A stretch of 38,642 bases of DNA from Octopus bimaculoides (Eukaryota), in assembly GCF_001194135.2 (NCBI RefSeq), contig NC_069004.1, forward strand, positions 6,820,962 to 6,859,603, written 5' to 3'. Both the position numbers and the translations under genes were made by a program. Shown here in pieces: positions 37,216 to 38,642 of this stretch. The notes under the pieces were generated by a model. The model worked only from the letters and a program-made list of their open reading frames with translations. It was not told the DNA's origin and did not search any database. Position 1 is the first letter of the stretch. Each line of letters starts with the position of its first letter.

Positions 37216-37800
37216 CAGTGGCTGTGTGGTTAAGAAATTCTTCTTGAAAATGATTTGTTTTTTATTAAGTCCAGCTGCGTGACATCTTGGACGTATGTCT
37301 TCTACGAGGGAATGCTGAAAAGGTCGTGGCTTTGAGTAAAAGAATATACAGGAAGATCAGTTAATTATGATTTTTATTCAATATATTGCCTTCTCAGATT
37401 TGCACACTTATTGCAGCGGTCCTCAGTTTTTCTCGGCCCTATAAAAAAGAAGTCGGATGGCCTGTCGCGGCACCCATTAAAGCTAGGAACTGCTCGGCAC
37501 TCCCTCGTACGATAGTATCGGGCCAAGCAAGCTTTCGGTGATGGATTTGATAGACAGAAACTTTGTGGACGTCCCTCGTATTTATGTATGAGTGAATGTG
37601 TCTTTGTATTTATATTTGTCTCCCTTCACCACTTGGCAACCGGTGCTGGTTGCTTTACGTCCCCACAAAAGAACGGTTCGGCAAATTTGACCAATATACT
37701 TCGTACCGGGGTTAGAAATAATTAATGGGGTTGATTTGTTCGACTAAACCAGTGAAGGATGTGATCCAGCATAGCCGCAATCCAATGACAAAAACGAGTA
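37216..37800 (+). mobile_element. SINE family B, near full length, interrupted by a mariner MITE
   Basis: Head gtggctgtgtggttaagaa; gtcttc|TA...TA|cgatagtatcgggcc rejoins to the uninterrupted gtcttctactatagcctcgggcc seen at 4783-4806; 3' body runs to 37790. Confidence 0.8.
37305..37507. mobile_element. 203-bp Tc1/mariner-type MITE with imperfect ~29-bp TIRs and TA target-site duplication
   Basis: Left TA|cgagggaatgctgaaaaggtcgtggctt; right end reverse-complemented TA|cgagggagtgccgagcagttcctagctt (about 22/29 identical). TA at 37303-04 and 37508-09. Confidence 0.88.
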
Positions 37801-37879
37801 ACACAGAAAAAAAAACACTTTCCTCTTCACCGTAAATTCAACAAACTACAAGTTACAGAACTGCAACAATTGAAATATT

Positions 37880-38285
37880 TCTCACGCTATGTCACGTGGT
37901 ATTTCGTCTATCTTCATGCTTTGAGTTCAAGTTCCGCTGAGGCGACGTTGTCTTTCATACTTTCGGGGTCGATAAATTAAGTAACCAGCTGCCTACTGGG
38001 GTAGATCTAATCGACTGACCCCCTTCCCAAAAATGTCGGGCCTTATGCCTAGAGTAGAGTAGAATATTTAAAAGCGATGACCTGGCACAATCATTAACAC
38101 GCCGGGTGAAATGCCTAGTAGTGTTTCGACTGTCTTTATGTTCGGAGTTCAGATTTCGGCGAGGTCGACTTTGCCTTTTATACTTTCGGGTTCGATAAAT
38201 TAAGTACCAGTTGCGTACTGAGGTCGATGTAATCGACTGGCCCCTTCACCCAAAAGTTTCAGGCCTTGTGCCTAGAGTAGAAAAG
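37880..38285 (+). mobile_element. Two head-to-tail SINE family A copies
   Basis: gagttca..ttc.gc.gagg, tttcggg.tcgataaattaagta.cag and ggcctt.tgcctagagtaga each occur twice. Confidence 0.88.
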
Positions 38286-38561
38286 TATAAGACACAACGT
38301 CTCTCAAACACATCGCTACCAGTGACGTATCGCGATTCCAAAGCCATCAGAACCAATTGTAATTGAACAAATACATTTGTCCACTCCTTCAGAAAAAAAA
38401 CTTTGAGGTAAAAGAAATAGATTACGCTAGAGGTTATACTCTTTCGTCTACATCTTTTATATAGATTTTATACCTGCAAATGTAAGTTAATATGATCAAC
38501 AGCACAAGTATAAAACTATAAAACAATCAATAATATATACACATACATACATACACGCCAT

Positions 38562-38592
<31 letters not shown>

Positions 38593-38642
38593 CATATATA
38601 CACGTATGTATGTAGGTATGTATATATATTTATATATATATA

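Overview
This is eukaryotic, AT-rich DNA dominated by microsatellites and interspersed repeats. It has 14 N-gaps (about 4.7 kb, ~12%), most flanked by (TA)n, (TG)n or (TAA)n runs, as expected in a short-read scaffold. The repeat families look like those I recall from octopod cephalopods (Octopus); this assignment is inference, not a database result. No host gene can be identified with confidence, and almost all ORFs in the supplied track are microsatellite or gap artefacts. Supported content: a decayed mariner (DD34D) transposase, a 203-bp mariner-type MITE with TA duplication nested inside a SINE, three families of tRNA-type SINEs (about 18 copies or fragments, several in head-to-tail arrays), a probable RTE-LINE remnant, and a Helentron/DINE-like non-autonomous element. 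There is also a ~74-bp degenerate minisatellite with higher-order structure and a 75-bp-arm foldback carrying a hammerhead-ribozyme core of the Penelope pLTR type, with a second decayed hammerhead-like motif elsewhere. A few candidate exons are offered only as low-confidence hypotheses. I do not see a clearly new biological system. The hammerhead foldback and the 74-bp array best repay follow-up.
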